Below, piece after piece: positions 1 to 10,510 of a DNA stretch of 64,000 bases; position 1 is the first letter of the stretch, and each line of letters opens with the position of its first letter. Below the pieces are notes generated by a model that did not search any database, was not told where the DNA came from, and was given only the letters and a program-made list of their open reading frames with translations. Both the position numbers and the translations under genes were made by a program. Source of the DNA: an uncultured delta proteobacterium (GTDB lineage: Bacteria; Desulfobacterota; RBG-13-43-22); contig CAWBOS010000010.1 of the NCBI GenBank assembly GCA_963790475.1, forward strand, positions 1,120,001 to 1,184,000. The letters run 5' to 3'.

Positions 1-183
1 GACCCAAAGGTCTATATCGTCAAGACCCCAACCAGCCTGTTCCAGCAGAAAAAAAATAGTGGCCCACAACCGGTTGGCATGAGTTTTGGCCACCCGTATC
101 TGGGCCTGAGCCCGCAATACCTCCCCTTCCAGGAGAGCCACTCCCCCGGTCTCAGTCGCGGTATCCAGGGCCAGTATTTTCAA
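1..183 (-). CDS. tsaB: tRNA t6A biosynthesis protein TsaB, 5' part (runs off the window edge)
   Basis: Manual translation from TTG at 183: MKILALDTATETGGVALLEGEVLRAQAQIRVAKTHANRLWATIFFLLEQAGWGLDDIDLWV. Has the TsaB N-terminal ILALDTAT motif and follows rseP. Confidence 0.9.
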   Translation of the reverse strand, partial: MKILALDTATETGGVALLEGEVLRAQAQIRVAKTHANRLWATIFFLLEQAGWGLDDIDLWV

Positions 184-252
184 CTTCTATCTAATTTTAT
201 AAGTTTTAAATGGTTTAATGATTCCATGATCTTCTTATAATACGACATTTTT

Positions 253-324
253 GTTCCGAGTTCGGAGTTCGGAGATTCTGTCCAAAGCTATTGAATATCA
301 ACTCAGAAATAGATACTCCGAACT
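253..324. repeat. Heptamer-periodic hairpin repeat (AGTTCGGAG ... ACTCCGAACT family), copy 1
   Basis: gttccgagttcggagttcggag at 253-274 and the inverted actccgaact at 315-324; the same family recurs at 31068, 34850 and 36817. Confidence 0.7.
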
Positions 325-338
325 AATCTCCTGAATCC

Positions 339-1484
339 TCAGTGAATGAGTCGGAGGATGTCATTATAAAATACGAAAACCATAAGCAGGATCAGAATAA
401 ACATCCCCACCTGCTGGGCGACTTCCCGTTTCTTCAGGCTGAGGGGTTTGCCTGAGATCCATTCAATAGCGAAAAAAAATAGATGCCCGCCGTCCAAAAT
501 GGGGATGGGCAGGAGATTGAGTATCCCCAGATTGATGCTCAGCAAAGCGGTAAAAAACAAGAGGTTGGTCCATCCCTCTCGAGCCTGCTGGTCGGCCAAC
601 TGAGCGATAAAAATTGGTCCGCCCAAGGTCTCTAAGGGTACCTTTCGTTGGATCAGTTTTACCAAACTGACCACGGTCAATTTGGTAATCTCAAAGGTTT
701 GCACAACCCCGCTTTGAATGGCCTCCCCTAACCCCAAATTCTTGGTAAAAAACTTGCCGGAGGGTGTGACCCCGATTACCGTTTCCTGAACATCCTCCCC
801 GAAAATGTTTTTGACCGTACTAGTGATCGGGGTAACCTCCGTTTTGTATTGCCGATCTCCTCGAACGAAGATCACCGGTATGGGTTTCCCGGGATTTTTT
901 CGGACGATATCAGGCAGTTCTTTCCAGGTCGTTACCGGGATTCCGGCCATCCGGATTATTTTGTCTCCGGATCGAAGTCCGGCCTGATAGGCGGGATAGT
1001 TAGGCTTGACCTCCCCGATATCGCTGGTCAGGATAACCTGCCCCACGAACAAAAAACCCAGAAAAAAGACGGCGATGGCAAAAAAGAAATTAAATAAAGG
1101 GCCGCAAAAAACAATCAGCATGCGTTTCCAGACAGTCTTATGAGAAAAGGAGCGTTCTGTCTCTTCCTCGGGGACTTCATCATCCAGCCCTTCCCCCACC
1201 ATTTTTACATATCCTCCCAAAGGAAAGGCGGAAATCCGGTAATCAGTTTCCCCCACCTTGAGACCAACCAACCGAGGTCCCAAACCAAATGAAAATCGCT
1301 CCACTTTGACACCGAAAAATTTTGCCGCCAGAAAATGCCCCATCTCGTGAAAAAAGATCAGCAATCCGAGGACAATGATAAAAGGCCCCAGCTTATATAA
1401 TAACCCCGAAAACCAGGGCTGGTGTTCGGCTGTTGCCGCAAGAACGGCGATGAAACTTTGAATCTGTATCAGGATCATTTCCAT
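339..1484 (-). CDS. rseP: RIP metalloprotease RseP
   Basis: HEMGH zinc motif, PDZ domain, NLLPIPILDGG motif; follows dxr. Confidence 0.96.
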   Translation of the reverse strand: MEMILIQIQSFIAVLAATAEHQPWFSGLLYKLGPFIIVLGLLIFFHEMGHFLAAKFFGVKVERFSFGLGPRLVGLKVGETDYRISAFPLGGYVKMVGEGLDDEVPEEETERSFSHKTVWKRMLIVFCGPLFNFFFAIAVFFLGFLFVGQVILTSDIGEVKPNYPAYQAGLRSGDKIIRMAGIPVTTWKELPDIVRKNPGKPIPVIFVRGDRQYKTEVTPITSTVKNIFGEDVQETVIGVTPSGKFFTKNLGLGEAIQSGVVQTFEITKLTVVSLVKLIQRKVPLETLGGPIFIAQLADQQAREGWTNLLFFTALLSINLGILNLLPIPILDGGHLFFFAIEWISGKPLSLKKREVAQQVGMFILILLMVFVFYNDILRLIH

Positions 1485-1530
1485 ATCATGGCTTCCTTCT
1501 TAAGGTTCTTTCTGACAATTAAAGGTTAAT

Positions 1531-1671
1531 AGACTGAAGGCTGAAGGTGGAAGGCTGAAGACTGAAAGAAAACCAAAACCCGACTATAGGTACGAATAAT
1601 AGATCTTGGCACTTCCCGTTTTGCTGATTTTTTCCTTCAACCTCCTGCCTTCAGTCTTCAGCCTTCAGCCT
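1531..1671. repeat. Heptamer-periodic inverted repeat (CTGAAGG/CCTTCAG units)
   Basis: agactgaaggctgaaggtggaaggctgaagactgaa at 1531-1566 and ccttcagtcttcagccttcagcct ending at 1671; overlaps the last codons of dxr. Confidence 0.7.
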
Positions 1672-2836
1672 AAATCCTTGCTTTTTTGCAATCCAGGCCC
1701 CGGCTTGTCTTCTGGCCCACCTGTCTATCTGCAGGATTTCTTCCAACCCAGACGGGGTGCACCGTTGGTGTTTCCCCATGGTGTCTTCTATGACTGCAGG
1801 AATCCCCTGATAGGGCAAGACTCCGGATAAAAAAGAGTAAACAGCCGACTCATTGGCGGCATTTAAGACTACCGGCATACTTCCTCCCTGTCTCCCGGCT
1901 TCCAGGGCCATTCTCAGGCAAGGGAATCTTTCCAGGTCCGGCGGGAAAAAGGTTAAACCGTTCAGGCCGATCAGATCCAGGGATGTCTTGGTTCAACGGC
2001 AATCGATCAGGATAAGAAAGGGCATAGGCTATGGGTATCATCATATCCGGGTTTCCCATTTGGGCCAAATGGGAACCGTCCTGAAATTCCACCATAGAAT
2101 GGATAATACTCTGCGGATGAATAATCACGGAAATCTGATCCAGGGATACCCCAAACAACCATTGGGCCTCCATCACCTCCAGCCCTTTGTTCATCAGGGT
2201 GGCTGAGTCAATGGAAATCTTGGGGCCCATTTTCCATCGGGGATGATTCAGGGCCTCCTTACCGGTAATCCGTTTCATGGCTTCCAGCGGATATTCCCAA
2301 AAAGGCCCTCCGGAGGCGGTGAGGATAATTCTCTTTAAACGACTTCGCTGCTGCCCCTGGAGTACCTGAAAAATAGCACTGTGCTCGCTGTCGACCGGTA
2401 AAATGGTCACCCCATGTTTTCGGGCCTCTTCTATTATCAAGGCACCGGCCATCACCAAAGGTTCTTTGTTAGCCAGGGCGAGGGTCTTTCCGGCCTTAAT
2501 GCCCGCCAAAGTGGGCCGCAAACCTATGGCCCCGACCATAGCCGAAACGACCATATCCACTTCTTTCAAAGTGGCCACTTCTTCATGTCCTTCATTTCCC
2601 CAAAGGACCTTTAGGGGAAACCCGGGGAATCCATCGCTGGTCAGTTCGGCGGCCTCTTTCTTGGACGACACCGAAACGGATAGTGGTTTAAAATATAGGA
2701 TCTGCTCTCTCAGCAGCGGCACATTTTTCCCGGCCGAAAGTCCTATTATGCGAAATTGATCCTCAAACTGCCGCACCAGGTTAAGGACCTGGACCCCGAT
2801 CGAACCGGTACTGCCTAAAAGGGATAGATTTTTCAA
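1651..2836 (-). CDS. dxr: 1-deoxy-D-xylulose-5-phosphate reductoisomerase, split by one frameshift near 1985 (probable sequence error)
   Basis: LLGSTGSIG, LANKE, PVDSEHSAIFQ, LTASGGPF and NHPRWKMG lie in ORF 1850-2968. The C-terminal VLNAANE motif lies in ORF 1651-1911. Likely start is TTG at 2836. Confidence 0.92.
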
Positions 2837-2891
2837 TGCTTCAATCGAGTCCTGGCCTATAGGATAAGAGTCAAAAAATATTCTGATCCGT

Positions 2892-3714
2892 CTAAAAAAA
2901 TTTAATAAAAAAATATAATAGCGGTACCGGCAGCAACAGGCTGTCCATACGGTCCAGAAGACCTCCATGACCGGGAAAAATGGAACCCGAGTCTTTTACC
3001 CGGGCGGCCCGTTTTAACATCGATTCTAACAAATCGCCCACCTGACTGACAACACCAATCGTCAAGCTTAAGGAGACCATTTGAAGAAAAGAACGAGAAG
3101 AGAAAAGGGTCATTTGAAAAATCCAGGCCACCAAAATATTGGCCGCCAGCCCTCCCAGCGATCCTTCGAGGGTCTTTTGGGGACTGACCATGGGGGCCAG
3201 TTTATGCCTTCCCAAGGTTCGTCCCATATAATAGGCCCCGGTATCCCCGGCATAATTAACGGCCAGCAAGAAAAAAAGCCACTTAAGACCTCGGGGCTCC
3301 AATCGAACCAGGATGAAAAAGGGGATAAAGAGGGGTAAGTACCAGAGGCCCAGCAACTGTTTGCCCAGGGATTCAAAAAATCGATTCTGATTCGGAAAAA
3401 CGGAGATCGATCGAATAAAGCTCATGATCGAGCCCAGGATTAAGGCCATGAACAGGCCCTCCACCCCTTTCCAATAAGCCCCCCAAACGGACAAGGTTCC
3501 TATCAGCCAGAAAGAACCATAAATCAAACCCAACAGGTTTTTGATAAATCAAATGCAATAATTCCCGGTTTCCAAAGGAAAAAACCGCCCAAACAAAGAA
3601 GATGAAAAGAACAGGCCCTCCCCAAAAGAGGATGGCAAAGAGCAGGGGTATAATCAAAGCCGCGGTGATGATCCGCTGGCTGTGAGTGGTGGAAGACTTT
3701 AAACTCAAAAACAA
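2892..3714 (-). CDS. cdsA: Phosphatidate cytidylyltransferase, split by a frameshift near 3540
   Basis: N-terminal QRIITA in ORF 3373-3714; DTGAY, SPQKTLEG, GDLLES and KDSGSIFPGHGGLLDRMDS in ORF 2892-3533. Confidence 0.92.
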
Positions 3715-3718
3715 CTCC

Positions 3719-4537
3719 TCAGGAATCTTGTTGGCGGGGCAAGGACCTTTTTCCCTGAACCTGTTCGCCGGTCAGGCCGAATCGTCTTTCCCTTTTGTTG
3801 AATTCTTGAATGGCGTTCAGAAGGTGTCTTTTTCGGAAATCAGGCCAAAGGGTCGGTGTGACATAAAATTCGGTGTAGGCCATTTGATAAATCAGGAAAT
3901 CACTGAGCCGGAATTCCCCGCTGGTTCTTATTAATAAATCAGGATCGGGAAGACCACGGGTGTCAAGGAAACTTTCAAAGGTCTTTTCAGAAATATCGTC
4001 CAGAGAAAGTACTCCTTCCTTAACGGATTCGGCAATTTTTCGAACAGCCCTAACGATTTCCTCCCGGCCGCTGTAACTCAAGGCCACATTCAGGATCATG
4101 GCGGAATTCTCTTTGGTTTGGTCAATGGCTGAAAGCAGTTGAGTCTGAAGCTTTTCCGGTAGGCGCTCCAGGTTTCCGATAATACGTAAGGCAATCCCGT
4201 TATCGATAAATTCCTTGATTTCGGACTTCAGGTAACGGGAGAGCAGTTGCATCAGAGCCTTAACCTCCCATTTGGGACGATTCCAATTTTCTCTGGAAAA
4301 GGCATAGAGGGACAAAACCGAAACACCAGCCTCCCGGCAGGTCCTAACCACCTCCCGAACCGACTCCACCCCTTGCCGGTGTCCGGCGACCCGCGGCATA
4401 GATCGCTGCTGGGCCCAACGGCCGTTTCCATCCATAATAATGGCGATATGCCTGGGCACTTTTTCCGGATTACTTGATTTCATGTTATATTGAAACGGAG
4501 ATAGGGAACGTTTTTCAAAACTTTCAGTGTATTTCAC
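3719..4537 (-). CDS. uppS: Undecaprenyl diphosphate synthase (start may be 4483)
   Basis: HIAIIMDGNGRWA, FSRENWNRP and PDLLIRTSGEFRLSDF motifs. Confidence 0.96.
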   Translation of the reverse strand: MKYTESFEKRSLSPFQYNMKSSNPEKVPRHIAIIMDGNGRWAQQRSMPRVAGHRQGVESVREVVRTCREAGVSVLSLYAFSRENWNRPKWEVKALMQLLSRYLKSEIKEFIDNGIALRIIGNLERLPEKLQTQLLSAIDQTKENSAMILNVALSYSGREEIVRAVRKIAESVKEGVLSLDDISEKTFESFLDTRGLPDPDLLIRTSGEFRLSDFLIYQMAYTEFYVTPTLWPDFRKRHLLNAIQEFNKRERRFGLTGEQVQGKRSLPRQQDS

Positions 4538-4568
4538 CTAAGTTAAAGGTTGGGTATTATCGAAGCCG

Positions 4569-5126
4569 TTAAAAGGATAAAATCTCTTTTTCTTTCTCCT
4601 CGCTGATTCGATCCACTTTTTCGATATAGTCGTTAGTGATCTTCTGGACCTCTTCCTGCCCTTTAAAAAAGGCATCTTCGGAAATAGTCTTGTCTTTTTT
4701 AAGCTCTTTAAAAGATTCGTTGGATTCCCGGCGGATATTCCTTAAGGCCACCCTGGATTCTTCAGCCATTTTCTTGATGACCTTAACCAAATCCCGGCGT
4801 CTTTCCTCGGTCAAAGCGGGTATATTGATGCGAATCATTTTCCCGTCATTGATCGGGGTAAGTCCAAGTTCAGATTTAAGGACGGCCTTCTCGATATCTC
4901 CGATGGCCTTGATATCCCAGGGTTGAATGGTAATCAGCCGGCTTTCCGGAACGGCTATGGAGGCCACTTGATTTAAGGGAACCTGACTGCCGTAATATTG
5001 GACCCGAAGCCCATCCAGCAGGGAAACCGATGCCCGCCCGGTACGAATACGGGCTTGGTCTTTTTTCAGGGCCTCTATGGCCTTTTCCATTCTTTCCTTG
5101 GTCTCTTTGTATACTTGCTCCACCAT
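4569..5126 (-). CDS. frr: Ribosome recycling factor
   Basis: IRTGRAS, IPALTEERR and RNIRR motifs. Confidence 0.97.
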   Translation of the reverse strand: MVEQVYKETKERMEKAIEALKKDQARIRTGRASVSLLDGLRVQYYGSQVPLNQVASIAVPESRLITIQPWDIKAIGDIEKAVLKSELGLTPINDGKMIRINIPALTEERRRDLVKVIKKMAEESRVALRNIRRESNESFKELKKDKTISEDAFFKGQEEVQKITNDYIEKVDRISEEKEKEILSF

Positions 5127-5151
5127 GGCTTACCCCTTTATGGCGAACTTT

Positions 5152-5877
5152 TCAAAGGTCTCTTATCAAGGTCCCGATGCGGGACCCAAGGATGATCTTT
5201 TTCAAATTCCCTTTAATCAGGCCGTTAAAAACGATAATGGGGATGTCGTTTTCCCTGGCCAAAGAAACGGCTGTGGCATCCATGACCTGAAGATGACTCT
5301 GCAAAAAGAGGGAATAGCTTATTTCTTTAAAAATTTTGGCCTCTGGATTCAATTTGGGATTCTCATCATAGACCCCATCCACCTGGGTGGCTTTTAAAAT
5401 CACTTCCGCCCCCAGTTCCGAGGCCCGCAAGGCCGCGGCCGTATCGGTGGTAAAAAAAGGATTTCCGGTTCCGGCCGCCAGCAGCAGGACCGTCCCCTTT
5501 TCCATCAGGGTCTTGGCTGCCTGAGGGACATAGGCTTCGGTCAGGGCTTGAACGGGCAAGGCCGATAAGACCTGGGCCGGGACTTTTTGGTTTTTCAAGG
5601 CCTCTTTAATGGCCACGGCATTAAAAAGAGTGGCCAGCATCCCCAGATAATCGGCCTGAATCCGGTCCATGCCTCGGGCACTGGCCGCAACCCCGCGGAA
5701 AATATTTCCACCCCCAATCACTATCCCGAGTTTGGTCCCCAGGGTAACGATTTCCTTAATCTCCCGGGCGGTCTTTTGAACGACATCGACGTCAATACCA
5801 AACCCTTTGTCGCCTGCCAGGGCCTCCCCGCTGAGTTTTAAGAGGATTTTTTTGTATTTTATTTTGATTGCCGACAT
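5152..5877 (-). CDS. pyrH: UMP kinase
   Basis: LLKLSGEAL, GGGNIFRG and GNPFFTTD motifs. Confidence 0.97.
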   Translation of the reverse strand: MSAIKIKYKKILLKLSGEALAGDKGFGIDVDVVQKTAREIKEIVTLGTKLGIVIGGGNIFRGVAASARGMDRIQADYLGMLATLFNAVAIKEALKNQKVPAQVLSALPVQALTEAYVPQAAKTLMEKGTVLLLAAGTGNPFFTTDTAAALRASELGAEVILKATQVDGVYDENPKLNPEAKIFKEISYSLFLQSHLQVMDATAVSLARENDIPIIVFNGLIKGNLKKIILGSRIGTLIRDL

Positions 5878-5931
5878 GATTTATTCTTGATAGCCAATAT
5901 ACGGTTAAAGGATCGCCCGGATAAGCCGGAA

Positions 5932-6006
5932 TTGAGGAACGTCCCGACTTTGCCGGGACTTAAGGGGAAAAGCAATTGCCTTAGGCCTCAGCAGAGCGTT
6001 CCTCAA
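5932..6006. repeat. Nested inverted repeat (REP-like) in the tsf-pyrH spacer
   Basis: TTGAGGAACG (5932-5941) pairs with CGTTCCTCAA (5997-6006); inner hairpin GTCCCG...CGGGAC. Confidence 0.5.
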
Positions 6007-6030
6007 GCGAAGCGCTCCTCGAACTTTTTT

Positions 6031-6627
6031 TTATTCTTCCCCCAACTGGAAGCGGGAAAATCGCCGGATGGTGATGCTCTCACCGATCTGACCGATCTTT
6101 TCATTCAGCAAATCGGTTATGGTGATATCCGGATTTTTGACATAAGGTTGTTCCATCAAGCAGGACTCTTTAAAAAATTTTTCGAGTTTACCCTCCACAA
6201 TTTTCTCTAAAACCTTTTCCGGTTTTCCGGATTCTTTGGCTTGAGCCAGATAGATCTCTCTCTCTTTTTCCAAAAGATCGGCCGGCATCTCTTCCCGACG
6301 CACACAAACCGGATTGGCCGCAGCGATATGCATGGACAGGTTATGGACCAGTTCCCCAAATTGTTCGGTTCGACCTACAAAATCAGTTTCACAGTTAACC
6401 TCCACCATGACCCCGATTTTTCCTCCGCCATGAATATATGATCCGATTTGTCCTTGGGAAGTAGCCCGGCCGGCCCTTTTCTGGGCGGTGGCCAACCCTT
6501 TTTTCCGTAAATATTCTACGGCCTTTTCCATATCCCCCTCGGTCGCTTTTAAGGCCTCTTTACAATCCATCATTCCGGCCAGGGTCTTATCCCGGAGGGT
6601 CTTGACTAATTCTGATGTTATATTCAA
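6031..6627 (-). CDS. tsf: Translation elongation factor Ts (short form)
   Basis: [10 protein letters not shown] and EVNCETDFV motifs; overlaps the rpsB stop. Confidence 0.97.
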   Translation of the reverse strand: MNITSELVKTLRDKTLAGMMDCKEALKATEGDMEKAVEYLRKKGLATAQKRAGRATSQGQIGSYIHGGGKIGVMVEVNCETDFVGRTEQFGELVHNLSMHIAAANPVCVRREEMPADLLEKEREIYLAQAKESGKPEKVLEKIVEGKLEKFFKESCLMEQPYVKNPDITITDLLNEKIGQIGESITIRRFSRFQLGEE

Positions 6628-7481
6628 CTTTCCGTACCTCCCTCAGTTGCTGTTTCTTCTAACTTACGAATTATGATCACTTCCGGTCCTCCCGGACTTG
6701 GGGGACTTTCGACTGATTTCTCTTCCAAAAAATCTTTTCCGGTCGTGGTTTCTTCGATCCGGCCTTCTTTGTCGACCTCGGTTTGCAGCATCTCTTCCCG
6801 TTTGGCCTTACCTTCCAGACAAGCATCGGCTATTTTGGAGGTAATCAAGCGGATGGCCCGAATGGCATCATCATTACCGGGAATGATGAAATCAATCTCA
6901 TCCGGATCGCAGTTGGTATCCACGACCGATACCAGGGGGATCCCTAATTTCCTGGCCTCCAGGATGGCAATCCCTTCTTTCCGCGGATCAATGACAAAAA
7001 CGGCCTTGGGCAGGGCCTCCATCTCCTTTATTCCTCCCAGGTTACGCAGAAGTTTGACGTACTCCCGATCCATATTGATGATCTCTTTCTTGGGAAACCT
7101 CTGGATAGTGCCGTCGGCCTTGATCCTTTCCAAATATTTCAATCGTTCGATTCCCAGACGGATGGTCACAAAGTTGGTCATGGTTCCACCCAGCCAGCGA
7201 TGATTGACATAAAACATCCCGCAGCGTTCGGTTTCCTCCTTGATGGCTTCCTGGGCCTGCTTCTTGGTCCCGACAAAAAGGACCGATCCTCCCTGGGCCA
7301 CGGTATCCACTACAAAATCATAAGCGGTCTTAAATAAACTGACGGTTTTTTGCAGGTCGATGATGTAGATCCCATTTCTGGCCCCATAAATATAGGGCTT
7401 CATTTTTGGGTTCCAACGTTTGGTCTGATGGCCGAAATGAACCCCGGCCTCCAACAATTGTTTCATAGAAACATACGACAT
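6624..7481 (-). CDS. rpsB: 30S ribosomal protein S2
   Basis: [19 protein letters not shown] and [10 protein letters not shown] motifs; ATG at 7481 follows an AGGAGG Shine-Dalgarno. Confidence 0.97.
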   Translation of the reverse strand: MSYVSMKQLLEAGVHFGHQTKRWNPKMKPYIYGARNGIYIIDLQKTVSLFKTAYDFVVDTVAQGGSVLFVGTKKQAQEAIKEETERCGMFYVNHRWLGGTMTNFVTIRLGIERLKYLERIKADGTIQRFPKKEIINMDREYVKLLRNLGGIKEMEALPKAVFVIDPRKEGIAILEARKLGIPLVSVVDTNCDPDEIDFIIPGNDDAIRAIRLITSKIADACLEGKAKREEMLQTEVDKEGRIEETTTGKDFLEEKSVESPPSPGGPEVIIIRKLEETATEGGTES

Positions 7482-7496
7482 TTTTATCCTCCTTTT

Positions 7497-7571
7497 GGGT
7501 TGTTCCGCCGCTTTTTCAATAAGTTGTCCGCATTTGTTCAAGATGCACCCAAAGGACTGAAAAAGCGTGAG
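7497..7571 (-). ncRNA. rpsB 5' leader (S2 autoregulatory leader, t44-like)
   Basis: Leader reads CACGCTTTTTCAG..GGGTGC..TGAAAAAGCG..AACCC: a CGCTTTTTCA/TGAAAAAGCG stem plus the GGGT/AACCC elements typical of rpsB leaders. Confidence 0.65.
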
Positions 7572-7589
7572 AATTTAATAAATTTTATA

Positions 7590-7618
7590 ATTATATAGAA
7601 AATGAACTGCTTAGGCAA
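7590..7618 (-). promoter_or_regulatory. sigma70 promoter of the rpsB-tsf operon
   Basis: TTGCCT-17 bp-TATAAT on the minus strand. Confidence 0.6.
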
Positions 7619-7627
7619 GAAAAATAA

Positions 7628-8146
7628 TTATGTAGCGGTAATTCTTTCCAAATTCAGCAATTTCTCTTTTACCGACAGCCCACCGCCAAATCCTACCAGG
7701 TCGCCTCGGGAACCGATAACCCGGTGGCAGGGAACCACAATCGGGACCGGGTTGTTGTGATTGGCCTGGCCAACAGCCCGATAAGCTCTGGGGCTATTGG
7801 CAGCCCGGGCTATTTCCCCGTAACTGCGGGTTTCACCATAAGGGATAGTCTTCAGGGCCTCCCAGACCCGGATCTGAAAAGGGGTCCCTTGAAGATCCAG
7901 AGAGACCTCGAAAATAACCTTATGACCGCTCAGATAAAGATCCATTTGGCGGAAAAGTTCCTGAAAAGGATCAGGGTTCTGGGTAAAAAAATGAGGTTGG
8001 AAACGAGCGAGGACCTTTTCAAAAAAGGATTCGACCGGATGGGCCGGTAAGGAAAGAAGGCACAGGCCTTTCTCGGAAGCAGCCGCATAAACCCGGCCCA
8101 GCAGGGGGAATTCCCTGCTGTCGTAAAAAATGGTTTTTCTATTCAT
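7628..8146 (-). CDS. ogt: Methylated-DNA--protein-cysteine methyltransferase
   Basis: GTPFQIRVW, RAVGQAN and PCHRVI active-site motif. Confidence 0.93.
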   Translation of the reverse strand: MNRKTIFYDSREFPLLGRVYAAASEKGLCLLSLPAHPVESFFEKVLARFQPHFFTQNPDPFQELFRQMDLYLSGHKVIFEVSLDLQGTPFQIRVWEALKTIPYGETRSYGEIARAANSPRAYRAVGQANHNNPVPIVVPCHRVIGSRGDLVGFGGGLSVKEKLLNLERITAT

Positions 8147-8229
8147 TTTGAGCCTCTAAAGGATTGGAATGGTGTCCTGTAATTCAAAGGTGTTATCAGC
8201 TTCCACGGTTAGGTCTATCGCCTCAAACC

Positions 8230-9172
8230 TCACGCTTCTCGCCTCATCCCTCTCTCCTTCCACCTGGCCCCTTGAAAGCTTCCCCTTTCTTTAAATCGAT
8301 CCCGTATCATCTTTAAGGTTGCTTGTTTTTTCAAGGTCCACGGCGGGGCCATCAATTTTTCGGGATTGGGGTCACCCGTTAAACGCTGAATAATCCAATG
8401 GGGAGGGCAAATTTCCAAAAACCGGCAGACCCAGTCCACATATTCTTCCTGGAGAAGAGGACGATACTTTCTTTGGTTGTACCAGGATTCCAGAACAGTC
8501 CCGCGGTTGATATAAAGAGAGTGAATTTTCAATCCCTGAATATCCAATTCAGCCAAACGGGCGGCCGTGAAAAGGCACTCCTTCAATTCCTCCCCCGGCA
8601 AACCGAGGATGACATGAACGCAAATATTGATATTGCGTTTTCGGGTCTCTTCTACGGTCCGAATAAAATCTTCTATCGTATGTCCCCGGTTGATCAATTC
8701 CAAAGTTCGAGGATGGAAGGACTGGAGCCCGTATTCAATCCAAACCAGGTGGGATTTCTGGAACCCGTCCAATAAATCTAATATCTCGGTATTGATGCAA
8801 TCCGGTCTGGTGCCTACCGATAACCCGACCACATCCTCAATGGCTAAGGCTTCCCGATATAGAGAATTTAATGTTTCTACCGGGGCATAGGTATTGGAAA
8901 AAGACTGGAAATAAGCAATAAATTTTTCGGCCTTGTAGCGTTTCTTCAAGAGGCTTTTTCCCTGAAGGATCTGTTGGGTGATGGATGGGGTCTGCTCATA
9001 AGCCCCGGTCCCAGAACCGCCTTCATCACAATAAATACATCCCCCTCTCCCCTTGGTCCCATCGCGGTTGGGACAGGTCAAACCGGCATCCAGGGATATC
9101 TTTTGAACCCGGCAGCCGAAAAGTCCGGTCAAATAGGCTCCGTATTGATTGTAGAGTTGCGGTTCCGGTCAT
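8230..9172 (-). CDS. Radical SAM protein, TIGR01212/YhcC family (ATG at 9172 is one base out of frame with ORF 8230-9132)
   Basis: DAGLTCPNRDGTKGRGGCIYC, YFQSFSNTYAP and GTRPDC motifs. Confidence 0.9.
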
Positions 9173-9247
9173 GACGGAAAAAATAATACCATAAGACCCT
9201 CAGTTTGTGTTATTATTTTTCACATCCTAAAAAAGAAAGATAAAAGA

Positions 9248-10459
9248 ATGGACTCTGAAAATATCCCCTCCCCTTTATTTGTTCCCTCTTCTGAAATTGA
9301 GAACAGGCTCAGCCGTTTTCAAGAGCTGATGACTCATGAAGGGCTGGATGGGGTCTTGCTTTGCCAGAACGTCGATCTGCTCTATTTTTCAGGAACCATG
9401 CAACCGGGCTATCTTTATATTCCAGTCCAGGAGGAACCGGTTTTCATGGCCAAGAAAAATTTAGAACGGGCCATGGAAGAATCCTCTCTGACGAATATCG
9501 TGGCCTTATCCTCTTCCAAGGAGATCCCTTCTTTATTGACCGAAAAGGATATTTCACCTCCCCAAAGCCTGGGTCTGGAAATGGATGTGCTTCCGGCAGC
9601 GAATTATATTCAACTCAAGACCATATTCAAAAAGGTCCGCATCCTGGATGCTTCTATTTTGGTTCGCAAGTGCCGTATGTTTAAATCGCCCTGGGAAATC
9701 GAAAACATGACCCGGGCGGCCCGGATGCTGCACCGGATGGTCCTTGAGGTCCCTCGTATCCTCAGGCCGGGGATGACGGAAATAGAACTGGCCGGGCACC
9801 TGGAAGCTTTTTTACGCCGGGAAGGTCATCAGGGTTACATTCGCAGCCGGGGTTTTAATCAGGAGATGTTCTATGGCCATATCCTGTCCGGGCCTGAAGG
9901 AGGCAAACCTTCGTATATTGATTCCCCTTCCGGAGGAGGCGGGGTCGGGCCGGCCTTCAGCCAGGGGGCGGGGATAAAGCCCATCAGACCCCATGAAGCA
10001 ATCAGTATTGATTTTGTAGGCTGTTATAACGGCTATCTGGCTGATCAGACCCGCATGTTTTCTTTGGGCGAACCGCCGGCCGCGGTCAAAGAAGCCTACC
10101 TGGCCGTGCAAGAGATTCAAGAATCTCTAAAAACAAAGACTCAACCCGGAATTCCCTGCGATCAAGTCTATTTCTGGGCTTTGGAAGAGGCCGATCGATT
10201 GGGGTATTTGACCCGTTTCATGGGAATGGGGCCGTCCCTGGTCCGTTATATCGGCCACGGTCTTGGATTGGAACTGGACGAATTACCGGTTATCGGTCAG
10301 AAGTTTGATTGGCCCCTGGAGGCTGGAATGGTATTTGCTCTGGAGCCCAAGATGGTCCTTCCCGAATTTGGTCTGGTGGGGCTTGAGAACACCTATCAGA
10401 TGACCGAGACCGGGATCGAACCCCTCACCACCTCCCCCGAGAATTTTCAAATCTTATGA
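9248..10459 (+). CDS. Xaa-Pro peptidase (M24) family protein
   Basis: Creatinase-like N domain; GYLADQTR, IGHGLGLELDE, ALEPK and GLENT metal-ligand motifs. Confidence 0.9.
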   Translation: MDSENIPSPLFVPSSEIENRLSRFQELMTHEGLDGVLLCQNVDLLYFSGTMQPGYLYIPVQEEPVFMAKKNLERAMEESSLTNIVALSSSKEIPSLLTEKDISPPQSLGLEMDVLPAANYIQLKTIFKKVRILDASILVRKCRMFKSPWEIENMTRAARMLHRMVLEVPRILRPGMTEIELAGHLEAFLRREGHQGYIRSRGFNQEMFYGHILSGPEGGKPSYIDSPSGGGGVGPAFSQGAGIKPIRPHEAISIDFVGCYNGYLADQTRMFSLGEPPAAVKEAYLAVQEIQESLKTKTQPGIPCDQVYFWALEEADRLGYLTRFMGMGPSLVRYIGHGLGLELDELPVIGQKFDWPLEAGMVFALEPKMVLPEFGLVGLENTYQMTETGIEPLTTSPENFQIL

Positions 10460-10510
10460 TCGGTTGAAATCCCGTCATTTCAATAGTACTGAATAAATGG
10501 AGCATACCCC